In this document: piece by piece, positions 9,215 through 19,001 of the stretch | Numbering within the stretch: position 1 is the stretch's first letter | Layout of the letters: the number at the start of each line of letters is the position of its first letter | From: Actinomycetota bacterium | GTDB taxonomy: Bacteria > Actinomycetota > Actinomycetes > S36-B12 | DNA length: 41,520 nucleotides | Direction: 5' to 3' | NCBI GenBank assembly: GCA_030652695.1 | Contig: JAUSQD010000075.1 | Coordinates: 1-41,520, forward strand | The notes under the pieces: generated by a model | Told to the model about the DNA's origin: nothing | The model's input: the letters and a program-made list of their open reading frames with translations, nothing else | Databases searched by the model: none | Made by a program: the position numbers and the translations under genes

Positions 9215-10297
9215 CGCGAAGCACCGACTTTTCGCGCTCGCTCAAGTTCCCCAACGCTGATCACTTCTGCGGCATACGAACCCGCTCGTGTTTGAGTTGA
9301 AAGGTGATCCAGCGCTTCGCGCCCGGTTGGGCCAGACTTCTCCAGGGCCGTCGCGGCGGCTCTGACGATGTGTGGATTCTCATCCTGCATCAGGCAGATG
9401 AGCAGACGCAGAGCGTCGTCATCGACAATCGCAGACAGCGCACCTATGGCTGCGATTCGCACTTCTGCGTCGGTATGTGTCGTTATGCAGTGCATCAGAG
9501 GCGCGCGCGCTTTGGCCTCCGATCCTCCCCAGGGCCCTCGCCGCTTCAACGAGCGGAAGTCGCGATTGATCCTCAAGCAAGAGTGCCACCAGATCACTAC
9601 TCGCCATGAAATCATCAAGCAGGCCAAGTACTTTGGCGCACAAAGCACGAGTGTTCGCGTTGTCAGACCGCAATCCGCGACGCAATGCAGGAGCACCCAC
9701 CGGTCCAATGCGCAACAGCGCCGCACCCACGAGGGCTGGTGGCGCTCCGTCTGAATGTTCCAGACTGCTCAAGAGGCAGTCGATGGCCGAAGGGTTGCGC
9801 AGTCGGCCCAAGGCCCGCACCGCCGTGTTGCGCACATCAGGATCGGAATCCTCAACCAATCTGGTCAGTTCACCCGCGTATGCGCTATGCCCCAGTGCGC
9901 CGAGCAGTTCGCATGCCACCCCACGGTCAAGACCTTTGCGGCTGCCAAGGAGCTCAATTGCCCTCGTATCGTATTCAGCCATCAGCAGATGCCGCACGAG
10001 CTCGACCTGAGCTTCGCCCTTGATGGTATTCAGCAATTGGGCTGCAGCCAGCATGGACAGCCGCATCGAAGCTGAGCCTTTCAGCTGCGGCGTTTCCTCT
10101 CCCAGGAGTGGATGCACTCCCGCGATGGCTGTCAGCATGGACTTGCGGGCAGCTGCCAATTGAGGCACACGTCGAGCATTGAGCGCACCCTCTGTAATGC
10201 GATAGACGACCACAAAAGTCAAGAGCAACAGATCAAGGACGACAAGACTGATCGCAACGACCTGAATAACCACAAGTGGAACTACAACCGCGTCCAT
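9211..10297 (-). pseudogene. N-terminally membrane-anchored HEAT/PBS-lyase repeat protein, split by a frameshift at about 9501-9510
   Basis: ORF 9419..10297 has a TM then HEAT repeats (LVEDSDPDVRNTAVRALGRL, LRSDNANTRALCAKVLGLL); repeats continue in another frame (DAEVRIAAIGALSAI, LMQDENPHIVRAAATALEK) to a TGA overlapping the GT2 ATG. Confidence 0.85.
9501..9510. repeat. (GC)5 dinucleotide tract at the HEAT-gene frameshift
   Basis: gcgcgcgcgc; adding one GC unit gives GGC CAA AGC GCG CGC GCG CCT CTG ATG (GQSARAPLM), joining both ORFs. Confidence 0.8.
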
Positions 10298-10322
10298 AGC
10301 GAGTTTACCTATCCGCGAGCGC

Positions 10323-10694
10323 TCATCGTGAGACGCGCAGGAATCGCTCGACGCGAGACTGCAACTCCTGCAAGCTGAATGGCTTCACGATGTAATCGTC
10401 GGCGCCAGCATCAAAACCCTTGCTGACATCGGACTCTTGACCACGTGCAGTCAGGAGAAGAACTGGTATCAGAGAGAACTCCGGATTGGCCTTGATGTTT
10501 CTGCAGACATCAATGCCGTTCATGCGAGGCATCTGAATGTCCAGCAGGATGATGTCGGGACGCTCGGACTCAATTGCCTCCAGACACTCATCGCCATTTG
10601 ATGCCTGCCGAACGGTGTGTCCAACAACGCCGAGCCTCAACGCGACGATGTCGCGGATGTCTTCATCGTCGTCAACGACCAGGACGTTCGCCAT
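10323..10694 (-). CDS. Single-domain response regulator
   Basis: MANVLVVDDDEDIR...IILLDIQMPRMNG...LLLTARG...GADDYIVKPFS; ends right after the receiver domain. Confidence 0.93.
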   Translation of the reverse strand: MANVLVVDDDEDIRDIVALRLGVVGHTVRQASNGDECLEAIESERPDIILLDIQMPRMNGIDVCRNIKANPEFSLIPVLLLTARGQESDVSKGFDAGADDYIVKPFSLQELQSRVERFLRVSR

Positions 10695-10827
10695 CTCAAC
10701 CCCCAGAGCCAGATTCGCGTGCTGCGTTGCGGAGACTCGCCTCAACTACTTTCAGAGTAATGGGGATTACTGCTGCGTGGATGAGGCAAATGCACCATTC
10801 GAGGGGTGAAGAATCTTAAGCCTCAGG

Positions 10828-12465
10828 TCAGTTCAACACGACTTGCGCCACTGCCTGAGCCATGTCCGTAGCCGACGGACTGCTGGCGACGGCAGCAACG
10901 GTAAAACCAAGGGACTCAGCCTGTTCAGCTGTGGTTGGCCCCGAAACAATCACGGGGATTGCTGTCCTACTTCCCAGATGTTGAGCCACTGCGCGCGCGG
11001 CACTGGGTGAACGCAGGATGATTGCGCTGATGTCACCACTGCGAAGCAGGGTGGTGGAGATCGGCTCGGGTCGTACGACGCTTGTCTCGTAGACGACGCC
11101 GTCAGTAATCGTCCACCCACGATTTCTGAGTCCGTCAGGCAGCGCGCGCATCGCGATGCTTCCGTGTGGAAACACCACCGTGCCGCCACCGGTAGGCAGT
11201 TCAGCGAGCAGCCCAACAGCTGAAGGCAACACAGGGATGAGATCGATCGAAACTCCCAGCTCCTGGACGCTTTCCGCGGTCTTGCTGCCGACAACTGCGA
11301 CCTGCATGCCCTTCAGCTTCGCTTCCGCAAGCGCATTTGCCAATCGGTCGCGTCCCACCAGCGAAGCCCAGCTCGGCATGGCGATCTGCGAGGTGACGAC
11401 CAGCCAATCAACACCGTCTTCAAGCTTGGCAAGCAGGACGTCGGCGTTGGCTCGGGAGAGCGAAGTCGACATATTCAAATAAGAGTCGGTAACCGAGCCG
11501 ATCCCAAGTGCCGCGAGGGCCTGCGCATCGGCTTCATTGTCATTTGCCCGGACAAGTAGCACTGGGTTCACATCACTTGCCAGCATCAGCTTGGATGCAG
11601 CGAACAAACCCATGGCGCGGGCGCTGCTGATGTCGCCTATTGCCGCGTTGCGCGTGACTCGGACTCGAGAGTGTTGATGCTCGTCAAAGAGTTCGGCGAT
11701 CAGCGTGAGCTCTTCGCCATCGAAAGTTGCGTATGCACCGGCGGCAGTCGTGCACTCAGCAGAGATGCCAACGAGTACTTCTCGCTCTGCCGCGGTTGTG
11801 AATCGCGCGAGGGGATCCTGCAATTGAGCTACGAGTCGCGCGAGGGGATCGCCTTCGCGACACTCAACGGCGAGTGCTCCTTGGGCCGGCGCTGGAACCA
11901 CGACTTCAGGATCCAGCACTTCACTGATGACATCCGTGCGACCGATGCGGGCAATGCCTGCGTAGGCCAGCACCACCGCATCGACTTCGCCTTCGAGCGC
12001 CTTGCGAATTCGTGAGTCAACATTGCCCCGAATCGGCTCGATCCGCAGATCGGGTCGCTGCGCAAGCAGCATCGCCGAACGGCGCGGAGAGCTCGTTCCT
12101 ATTCGGGCTGCATGAGGCAGAGTGGCAAGAGTGAGACCATCGCGACAGACCAACACGTCACATGGATTCTCCCGTTCGGGCACCGCCGCCAAGACGATCC
12201 CTGGCTCGGGAGCACTGGGCAGGTCCTTGAAGGAGTGGACGATGACATCGACTTCTCCAGCGAGCAGGGCTCGACGAAGGCTTGACACGAACAAGCCGGG
12301 GTTGCCTGGCTGATTCAGCGAAGTGCTCGTGTCATCCCCGTCGGTGCGGATGTGGATTTCCTCCCACGGAAGCCCGGCAATTTCCGAGAGCGCGTTGCCA
12401 ACGGTGGCTGATTGCGTGCGGGCGAGCAGACTTGCCCGCGTGCCAAGTCGGATTGGATTAGCCAC
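10828..12465 (-). CDS. hemC: Hydroxymethylbilane synthase fused to uroporphyrinogen-III synthase (HemC-HemD fusion)
   Basis: IRLGTRASLLARTQ, VHSFKDLP, IGTSSPRR, IRGNVDSR, PAPAQGALAVE; C-terminal HemD (WLVVTSQ, VAVVGSKTA, VVYET, LRSPSAA, SGPTTA); GTG 12465 overlaps the hemA stop. Confidence 0.92.
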   Translation of the reverse strand: MANPIRLGTRASLLARTQSATVGNALSEIAGLPWEEIHIRTDGDDTSTSLNQPGNPGLFVSSLRRALLAGEVDVIVHSFKDLPSAPEPGIVLAAVPERENPCDVLVCRDGLTLATLPHAARIGTSSPRRSAMLLAQRPDLRIEPIRGNVDSRIRKALEGEVDAVVLAYAGIARIGRTDVISEVLDPEVVVPAPAQGALAVECREGDPLARLVAQLQDPLARFTTAAEREVLVGISAECTTAAGAYATFDGEELTLIAELFDEHQHSRVRVTRNAAIGDISSARAMGLFAASKLMLASDVNPVLLVRANDNEADAQALAALGIGSVTDSYLNMSTSLSRANADVLLAKLEDGVDWLVVTSQIAMPSWASLVGRDRLANALAEAKLKGMQVAVVGSKTAESVQELGVSIDLIPVLPSAVGLLAELPTGGGTVVFPHGSIAMRALPDGLRNRGWTITDGVVYETSVVRPEPISTTLLRSGDISAIILRSPSAARAVAQHLGSRTAIPVIVSGPTTAEQAESLGFTVAAVASSPSATDMAQAVAQVVLN

Positions 12466-13717
12466 GGGCGTCGAGGTCGATACCAAAGAGCGTGTGAATC
12501 GCCTTCTGGTAGTCCGCGAAGTCTCCGGTGCGCGCCAGTTCCTGTGCGCGAATTGATGGAGTGTGCAAGATCGTGTTCGAGACGCGATGAAGTGCGCGCG
12601 CTACTTCCTCGGCGGTTTCTGCATCGACTCGGCCGCGGATGCGCTCCATCTCTTCATTGATGATCGACATCACGTGGGTGCGCATCGCAACGACGGCATG
12701 GTCCGCGCTTCGACCCGATTCGGTCATCTCGAACTCAGCAACCGCCTGCAGGACGATGTCCTGAGCTTCAAGGATGGCAGAGGAGTGCTCCCTCGGGGCA
12801 AACTCTCGAATGACTTCAAGATTGATGACGTCTGCCCAGGCGCATTCGGCCACCTCAGGAGAAACATCAGGGGTGAGAGCGAGGTCAATGATCGGAATCA
12901 CTGGCTCATCGCCCGAGCCGCGCAACTCCCGTGCCGCCGACATCACTGCCTGGTCCACTAGGTACTCGGCAGTTCCGCTGCATGCGGCGATCAGCTGCGC
13001 TTCGGCGACAGCCGCAACGAGTTGATCGGCGTCAACGGGTACGAGTTCGCGAGTCTGAGCAAACTGCGCTGCCCGCCCTGAAGATGAGTAGACATGGATG
13101 TCTGCGCACCCACGCTTCTGCAGCGCAGCTGTCACCACCCGTGCATACGAACCAGTGCCAAGGATCAAAGCGCGACGACCTTCCAGAGATCCGTAGCGTT
13201 GTTCTGCGACGTCGAGTCCGACGCTGACAATTGAGCGGCCTGCCGCACCGAGGCCGGTTGAACTCGTCACGGCCTTTGACGTGGCCAGCGCCCGCTGTAG
13301 CAGGCGTTCCAGACTGGGCGACGTTGTCTGCTCAGTTTGAGCAGTGGCAAGAGCTTGCCGAACTTGACCAGCGATTTCATCCTCGCCGACCACCATCGAC
13401 TCCAAGCCAGATGCAACAGAGAACAGGTGCTGACCAACTGCAGTTCCCACGAGCACACGCATCGCGTCGACAACGAAGTCGAGTTCAAGGTGAGCGGCTA
13501 CCGCTACCGAAGCCGTGGTGAGTTCAACGGCATCATGGAAGCGTTCCAAATCGAGGTAGACCTCAAAGCGATTGCACGTGGAAAGCACGACGGCGCCATT
13601 CACATCGGCGCTGGATTGCGTCAGTTTCAGGGCCAGCCCCTCACTTGCGGCCGTGAGCCGGGACACTTCATCCAGGGTGACGTCATGATGGCTCGCGCCG
13701 ACCATGACCATCACCAT
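12458..13717 (-). CDS. hemA: Glutamyl-tRNA reductase
   Basis: GASHH, VVLSTCNRFEVY, HLFSVASGLESMVVGEDEIAGQVR, Rossmann ILGTGSYA. Confidence 0.97.
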   Translation of the reverse strand: MVMVMVGASHHDVTLDEVSRLTAASEGLALKLTQSSADVNGAVVLSTCNRFEVYLDLERFHDAVELTTASVAVAAHLELDFVVDAMRVLVGTAVGQHLFSVASGLESMVVGEDEIAGQVRQALATAQTEQTTSPSLERLLQRALATSKAVTSSTGLGAAGRSIVSVGLDVAEQRYGSLEGRRALILGTGSYARVVTAALQKRGCADIHVYSSSGRAAQFAQTRELVPVDADQLVAAVAEAQLIAACSGTAEYLVDQAVMSAARELRGSGDEPVIPIIDLALTPDVSPEVAECAWADVINLEVIREFAPREHSSAILEAQDIVLQAVAEFEMTESGRSADHAVVAMRTHVMSIINEEMERIRGRVDAETAEEVARALHRVSNTILHTPSIRAQELARTGDFADYQKAIHTLFGIDLDARG

Positions 13718-13793
13718 GCTCTGATTCTAGGGCTGACCTGCCCGAGCGATCTCGCGGAACCATCGTCAGTTGTGCCTCTACTAAGTTCTAGGC
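13718..13793. promoter_or_regulatory. Divergent leaderless promoters for hemA and hemE
   Basis: Minus strand TAGAAT (13724-13729) 6 nt before the hemA ATG; plus strand TAAGTT (13782-13787) 6 nt before the hemE ATG. Confidence 0.65.
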
Positions 13794-14864
13794 ATGACTT
13801 CCCCGGCTGCCCTGCCTGCTGAGCACCCGCTGATGAACGGATCCACCTCAGATTCGGCTTTGATCACGGCATATCGAGGTGAGCGCCCCTCGACTCGGCC
13901 TATTTGGATGATGCGCCAAGCGGGGCGATCCCTGCCCGAGTACCGCGCTCTGCGCGAGGGCACGGCAATGCTGGACTCCTGTCTGCGCCCAGACATGGTG
14001 GCTGAGATCACACTGCAGCCAGTGCGCCGTCACAAGGTCGATGCCGCGATCTTCTTCAGCGACATCGTCATCCCCTTGAAGCTCGCGGGAATCGACGTCG
14101 ACATCGTGGCTGGCGTCGGCCCAGTCATGGGGGAACCGATCCGCAGCGCGGCACGGGTCAAGAATCTGCCAGAACTTGATCCTGCTGCCTTGGCCCCGAT
14201 CATTGAAGCTGTCGGAATTCTGGTCGGCGCACTTGGAAAAGTTCCCCTCATTGGCTTCGCGGGGGCGCCGTTCACTCTGGCCTCATACCTTGTCGAAGGT
14301 CGACCTTCACGGGAGTACTTGCACACCAAGGCACTCATGCGCGAGGAGCCTGAGACTTGGCATGCCTTGCTCGCATGGGTGGCTCGCACGACTGGCACGT
14401 TCCTTCGGACTCAGGCGATGGCCGGGGCTAGCGCTGTGCAGTTGTTCGACTCGTGGGCCGGCGCGCTCACTCTTGAGGAGTACACCACGTTCGTTGCTCC
14501 GCATTCTGCCGCTGTGATGGCGCAGGTTGAAGATCTACCAGTGCCCCGCATCCACTTCGGCACCAAGACCGGGCACTTGCTTGTTGCTATGCGTGATGTT
14601 GGTGCGACGGTGGTTGGCGTCGATCAATTCACCCCACTTGATGTTGCCAACGAAATGCTGGGTGGCACATCTGTGCTGCAAGGCAATATCGATCCGGAGT
14701 TGCTTGCCGGCCCTTGGGATCTCTTGGCTGCCAATGTGCGCGATGTGCTCAAACGCGGATTGAGTGCGCCCGGCCATGTCGTCAATCTTGGGCACGGCGT
14801 TCCGCCTGAGACTGATCCTGATGTGTTGACGCGCATGGTCGCGCTCGTGCACGAAGAAGGCTGA
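13794..14864 (+). CDS. hemE: Uroporphyrinogen decarboxylase
   Basis: PIWMMRQAGRSLPEYR, AAIFFSDI, LIGFAGAPFTLASYLVEG, QLFDSW, NLGHGV. Confidence 0.98.
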   Translation: MTSPAALPAEHPLMNGSTSDSALITAYRGERPSTRPIWMMRQAGRSLPEYRALREGTAMLDSCLRPDMVAEITLQPVRRHKVDAAIFFSDIVIPLKLAGIDVDIVAGVGPVMGEPIRSAARVKNLPELDPAALAPIIEAVGILVGALGKVPLIGFAGAPFTLASYLVEGRPSREYLHTKALMREEPETWHALLAWVARTTGTFLRTQAMAGASAVQLFDSWAGALTLEEYTTFVAPHSAAVMAQVEDLPVPRIHFGTKTGHLLVAMRDVGATVVGVDQFTPLDVANEMLGGTSVLQGNIDPELLAGPWDLLAANVRDVLKRGLSAPGHVVNLGHGVPPETDPDVLTRMVALVHEEG

Positions 14865-14867
14865 CCG

Positions 14868-16238
14868 GTGACTAAGCGACACGACGTCGTCATCGTTGGT
14901 GGTGGAGTTGCGGGATTGGTCGCCGCCCTGGAGGCGTCCCATTGCGGTCGCTCAGTCATGCTCCTTGAAGCCCGTGGTCGACTTGGCGGGGCCGTTCAAG
15001 GAGTCAGCCTCGGTGGCGTGACTGTCGACGTTGGCGCTGAGTCATACGCCATCACCCGTCCCGACACCATCGAGTTGATCGAGCAGTTGGGTTTGACGAG
15101 CCAGACGGTGGAAACCCGCAGATCTGACTCTCGACTCGTGGTGCCGACCGGCATCCTCCCGATGCCGCAGGCATTGCTCGGGATCCCCACTGATCCTCTG
15201 TCGCCCGCAGTAGTGGCGATCATCGGCGAGGAGGCTGCCATAGTTGCGGCTGCTCTGGACGCCGAGCCGGTGCCAGATCAGTGGGATCCGCAATTGACTC
15301 TTGGAGCGCTCGTTCGTAAGCGCTTTGGGGACCAAGTAGCTGACCTCATCACCACGCCTGTAGTCGGCGGCGTACACGCGCTGCACCCCGACCTTGCTGA
15401 AGCAGAGGCGATCAGCCCTGGCATCACGGCCGCGATGATCAGACACGGAGGTCTGGCCAAGGCCGCGGCGGCGATGCGATCGGCATCTGGCATTCCTGGC
15501 TCAGCGGTGCGCGGCTTGCAAGGGGGGATGTCCACCCTTGTCACAGCCTTGGTTGAGGCACTTCACGCCGGCGGAGTGGATGTGCGTACCGACGTGACAG
15601 CGCTGAATGTGAACCGCGAGGGCGCGCAGTGGCTCATCAGCACTGGCAGCGGGAGTTACATCGCAGATGACGTTGTGGTGGCTCTGGACGCCCGCGGTGC
15701 GGCGAAGATATTGCGAGAGGTCACCCAGATTCATGCCCCGCTCGGCCGAATGCGGGTTGGCGACGTCGTTGTCTTTGCGGCCGTTGTGCAATGCACAGCT
15801 CTCGATGAGGATCCCTTGGGCTCCGGTGCCCTGATCGCCCCGAGCGCTCACGGTCTGCATGCCAAAGCCATCACTCATTCCTCCTCGAAATGGGCCTGGG
15901 TTCGTAATGCCTACGGCCCTGGCCGTCACATGATTCGGCTCTCCTACGGGCGTGATGGCGTGATTCAGGAATCCCTGAACGAGCTGCCGGCTATCGCTCA
16001 CGCCGATCTGGAATTTCTGCTCGGCACCGCGATCGCACCTTTCGAGGACAGCTATCTGGCTCGGTGGAATGGATCGCTCCTTGCCCCTCGAGTCGGGCAC
16101 CGGGCAGCTGTCGCGGAACTCCAGGCTGCCTTGGCCGCTACCCCTGGCCTTTCGGTCGCCGTTTCAGGCATGGCAGGCAATGGCTTGGCCGGCACCATTG
16201 GGCAGGCTCGCGCCAGCATCGCGGGAGTGCGAAACTGA
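14868..16238 (+). CDS. hemG: Coproporphyrinogen/protoporphyrinogen oxidase (HemY/CgoX)
   Basis: FAD motif VVIVGGGVAGLVAA...LLEARGRLGG, DVGAESY, GLQGGM, SSSKWAW, RLSYGR; position in hem operon. Confidence 0.92.
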   Translation: MTKRHDVVIVGGGVAGLVAALEASHCGRSVMLLEARGRLGGAVQGVSLGGVTVDVGAESYAITRPDTIELIEQLGLTSQTVETRRSDSRLVVPTGILPMPQALLGIPTDPLSPAVVAIIGEEAAIVAAALDAEPVPDQWDPQLTLGALVRKRFGDQVADLITTPVVGGVHALHPDLAEAEAISPGITAAMIRHGGLAKAAAAMRSASGIPGSAVRGLQGGMSTLVTALVEALHAGGVDVRTDVTALNVNREGAQWLISTGSGSYIADDVVVALDARGAAKILREVTQIHAPLGRMRVGDVVVFAAVVQCTALDEDPLGSGALIAPSAHGLHAKAITHSSSKWAWVRNAYGPGRHMIRLSYGRDGVIQESLNELPAIAHADLEFLLGTAIAPFEDSYLARWNGSLLAPRVGHRAAVAELQAALAATPGLSVAVSGMAGNGLAGTIGQARASIAGVRN

Positions 16239-16241
16239 GGC

Positions 16242-16952
16242 ATGGTCACTTCTGACGTACGAGTCGCTTCAGCGCCCAAGCTCACCGCGCGAGAGGCCAA
16301 CGAGATCATTCGCTATACCTGCTGGACTTCGTTCAAGCGCGTGGGCCAACCAAGCGCTCTCGCAGGTGAAGAACTCGAACAGCTCTTGGCCAACTGGGCT
16401 GAACTGGACATCGTCGTCCGCGGGTTGTACGACATTTCCGGAATGCGCGCCGACGCCGATGTGATGACTTGGATCCACGCTTCGAGTGCGGATGCAATTC
16501 AAAAAGCCCTGAGAGAACTTCGACGCAGCGAGCTCGGCAAGGTCCTTGAAGTGACGTGGTCAGGAATGGCCATGCATCGACCTGCAGAATTCAACAAGTC
16601 TCACGTTCCTTCATTCATGCTGGGCAAGGCCCCGAAGGAATGGGTATCCGTCTACCCCTTTGTGCGCTCATATGAGTGGTATCTGCTGCCGGAGGAAGAG
16701 CGCCGAGAGATGCTCTTCGAACACGGGATGATGGGCCGCGACTACGCCGGCATCCAGTCGAACACCGTTGCTGCATTTGCACTGGGTGACTACGAGTGGG
16801 TGCTTGCCCTGGAGTCCGATGATCTCGACGAGATAGTCGACATGATGCGCACTCTTCGGTCTGCGAAGGCTCGTCTGCATGTACGCGAGGAGGTGCCCTT
16901 CTTCACTGGCCGACGTCTGGAAGCAGCCGAGTGGGTCGACAGCCTTCGATGA
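16242..16952 (+). CDS. hemQ: Coproheme decarboxylase (HemQ/ChdC)
   Basis: RGLYDISGMRADAD, HRPAEFNKSHVP, YPFVRSYEWYLLP, FALGDYEW, EVPFFTGR. Confidence 0.97.
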   Translation: MVTSDVRVASAPKLTAREANEIIRYTCWTSFKRVGQPSALAGEELEQLLANWAELDIVVRGLYDISGMRADADVMTWIHASSADAIQKALRELRRSELGKVLEVTWSGMAMHRPAEFNKSHVPSFMLGKAPKEWVSVYPFVRSYEWYLLPEEERREMLFEHGMMGRDYAGIQSNTVAAFALGDYEWVLALESDDLDEIVDMMRTLRSAKARLHVREEVPFFTGRRLEAAEWVDSLR

Positions 16953-18010
16953 GCTACGACTCAATCCTGCTTGCCTCCTTTGGCGGTCCCGAAGGTCCTG
17001 ACGATGTCATTCCCTTTCTCGAGCGAGTGACACAAGGCCGAGCCATCCCGCCAGAGCGGATTGCTGAGGTAAGCCAGCGCTATCTGCGCTTCGGAGGCAT
17101 CAGCCCTATCAACCAGCAAAATCGCGAGTTGATGAATGCTCTGCATCACGAGCTGATGGATCGCGGAATCGATCTGCCGATCTATTGGGGCAATCGCAAT
17201 TGGGATCCCGATTTCACCGACGCCATCAGGACCCTCGACGAAGACGGTCGCTCAAAAGTGCTCGCCATTGCAACTAGTGCGTACCCGTCATACAGCGGGT
17301 GTCGCCAATACCGGGAGAACATTGCTGCCGCACTCCAAGAAGCTGAGACTCCGAACATCACGGTGGACATGGCGTTCCCATACAGCAATCGACATGGATT
17401 CACTGCCCATGTCATCGAGGTGCTTTCCAATGCACTTGTCTTTCTCGTCAATGACAACCACCTCGAGACGGCAATTGATGTGCTCTTCACGACCCACTCA
17501 TTGCCGAAATCGTCGGCGGACACATCCGGGCCAGCGCCACACACGACCCCGGGGCTCTACATCGAGCAGCATGAGACTGCAATCGCTGAGGTCATGCGAG
17601 TCGTCGGTATCGCAACTGGTTTGAAGCCGCGCAGCCGGTTGGTGTTCCAATCGCGCAGCGGTGCTCCTGGCACTCCGTGGCTCGAACCGGATGTCAACGA
17701 TGCGCTGCATGAGATTGCAGCCGCAGGTCAGACAACGGCGGTGGTGCTCGTGCCCATTGGATTCGTCAGCGATCACATGGAAGTGATGTGGGATCTGGAC
17801 AACGAGGCCATGGCCACTGCCGAGGAGCTGAATCTGGCGTGCGTGCGCATCCCCACGCCAGGTGTGTCGCCGGCTTTCGTCAGCGCACTGGCTGACGTGA
17901 TCGAGGATGCGCGTCTGGGCGAGCCCACACGCACCGACCTCATCGGCCTCTGCTCTGGCACGTGCTGCCCCAACCCCCGATCCGAATTGCCGGCGATCCC
18001 CGGGGTCTAG
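16949..18010 (+). CDS. hemH: Coproporphyrin ferrochelatase (HemH/CpfC) with [2Fe-2S] Cys tail
   Basis: [46 protein letters not shown]...[15 protein letters not shown]-terminal CSGTCC; ATGA overlap with hemQ. Confidence 0.96.
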   Translation: MSYDSILLASFGGPEGPDDVIPFLERVTQGRAIPPERIAEVSQRYLRFGGISPINQQNRELMNALHHELMDRGIDLPIYWGNRNWDPDFTDAIRTLDEDGRSKVLAIATSAYPSYSGCRQYRENIAAALQEAETPNITVDMAFPYSNRHGFTAHVIEVLSNALVFLVNDNHLETAIDVLFTTHSLPKSSADTSGPAPHTTPGLYIEQHETAIAEVMRVVGIATGLKPRSRLVFQSRSGAPGTPWLEPDVNDALHEIAAAGQTTAVVLVPIGFVSDHMEVMWDLDNEAMATAEELNLACVRIPTPGVSPAFVSALADVIEDARLGEPTRTDLIGLCSGTCCPNPRSELPAIPGV

Positions 18011-18023
18011 GCTCGCCTGCATC

Positions 18024-18998
18024 ATGAATCTCAACGAGCGACCCCGGCGCCTTCGTCGCACTGATGGTCTGCGCAAGCTCGTGCGACAAGTTCATCTGAA
18101 TTCCGGCAACCTCGTTCTGCCGATGTTCGTTCGCGAAGGAGCGAGCGACCCGACGCCCATCGCGTCGATGCCTGGCGTCGTTCAACACTCGCGGGCATCG
18201 CTGGCAAAAGCAGTGCGTGAAGCTGCCGATGCCGGAGTTGGCGCGGTCATGCTCTTTGGCGTTCCATCGACCAAAGATGCCAACGGAGATGCCGCGTGCG
18301 ATCCGAACAGCATCCTTGCCAGCGCCATCCGTTGGACCAAAGCTGAAATCGGCGACGCATTGCCTTTGATTGCCGACTTGTGTCTTGATGAATTCACCAA
18401 TCACGGTCACTGCGGCGTCTTGGATGCACATGGCAATGTCGACAACGATGCCACCTTGGCTCAATACCAGCGCATGTCTTTGACTCTTGCCGAAGCTGGA
18501 GCCGACATCCTTGGCCTGAGCGGAATGATGGACGGCCAGGTCGGCGCGGTGCGCGAAACTCTCGATGCTGCCGGCTCCACTGACACTGTTCTGCTGGCCT
18601 ATGCGGCGAAATTTGCGAGTGCCTTCTACGGACCCTTCCGCGACGCGGTCGAGTCCAGCCTCGAAGGTGACCGTCGCGCCTACCAGCAGGACCCAGCAAA
18701 CATCACCGAGGCAATCCGCGAAGTTCGCCTGGACATCGCTGAAGGCGCCGACATCGTGATGGTCAAGCCTGGACTGCCATACCTGGACATCATCGCCAAG
18801 GTTGCCGCCGAAGTCGATGTACCTGTCGCTGCGTACGTCGTGTCCGGCGAGTCTTCCATGATTGAGGCCGCAGCTGCAGCCGGCATGATCGATCGGGAGC
18901 GAGCGATCCTGGAAACCCTGACTTCAGTCAAGCGCGCAGGCGCCGACATCATCACCACCTACTGGGCAACCGAGGTTGCTCACATACTGAATCGATAG
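18024..18998 (+). CDS. hemB: Porphobilinogen synthase (ALA dehydratase), zinc type
   Basis: [53 protein letters not shown]. Confidence 0.98.
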   Translation: MNLNERPRRLRRTDGLRKLVRQVHLNSGNLVLPMFVREGASDPTPIASMPGVVQHSRASLAKAVREAADAGVGAVMLFGVPSTKDANGDAACDPNSILASAIRWTKAEIGDALPLIADLCLDEFTNHGHCGVLDAHGNVDNDATLAQYQRMSLTLAEAGADILGLSGMMDGQVGAVRETLDAAGSTDTVLLAYAAKFASAFYGPFRDAVESSLEGDRRAYQQDPANITEAIREVRLDIAEGADIVMVKPGLPYLDIIAKVAAEVDVPVAAYVVSGESSMIEAAAAAGMIDRERAILETLTSVKRAGADIITTYWATEVAHILNR

Positions 18999-19001
18999 CA
19001 G

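Noticed and set aside
17907-18023. N-terminal extension of hemB in the ORF track (also the long starts given for Ddn at 34259, the diiron enzyme at 24070, SBP at 34315 and TetR at 36771)
   Set aside because: Extensions overlap other genes or promoters; SD or -10 signals and family N-termini support the downstream starts
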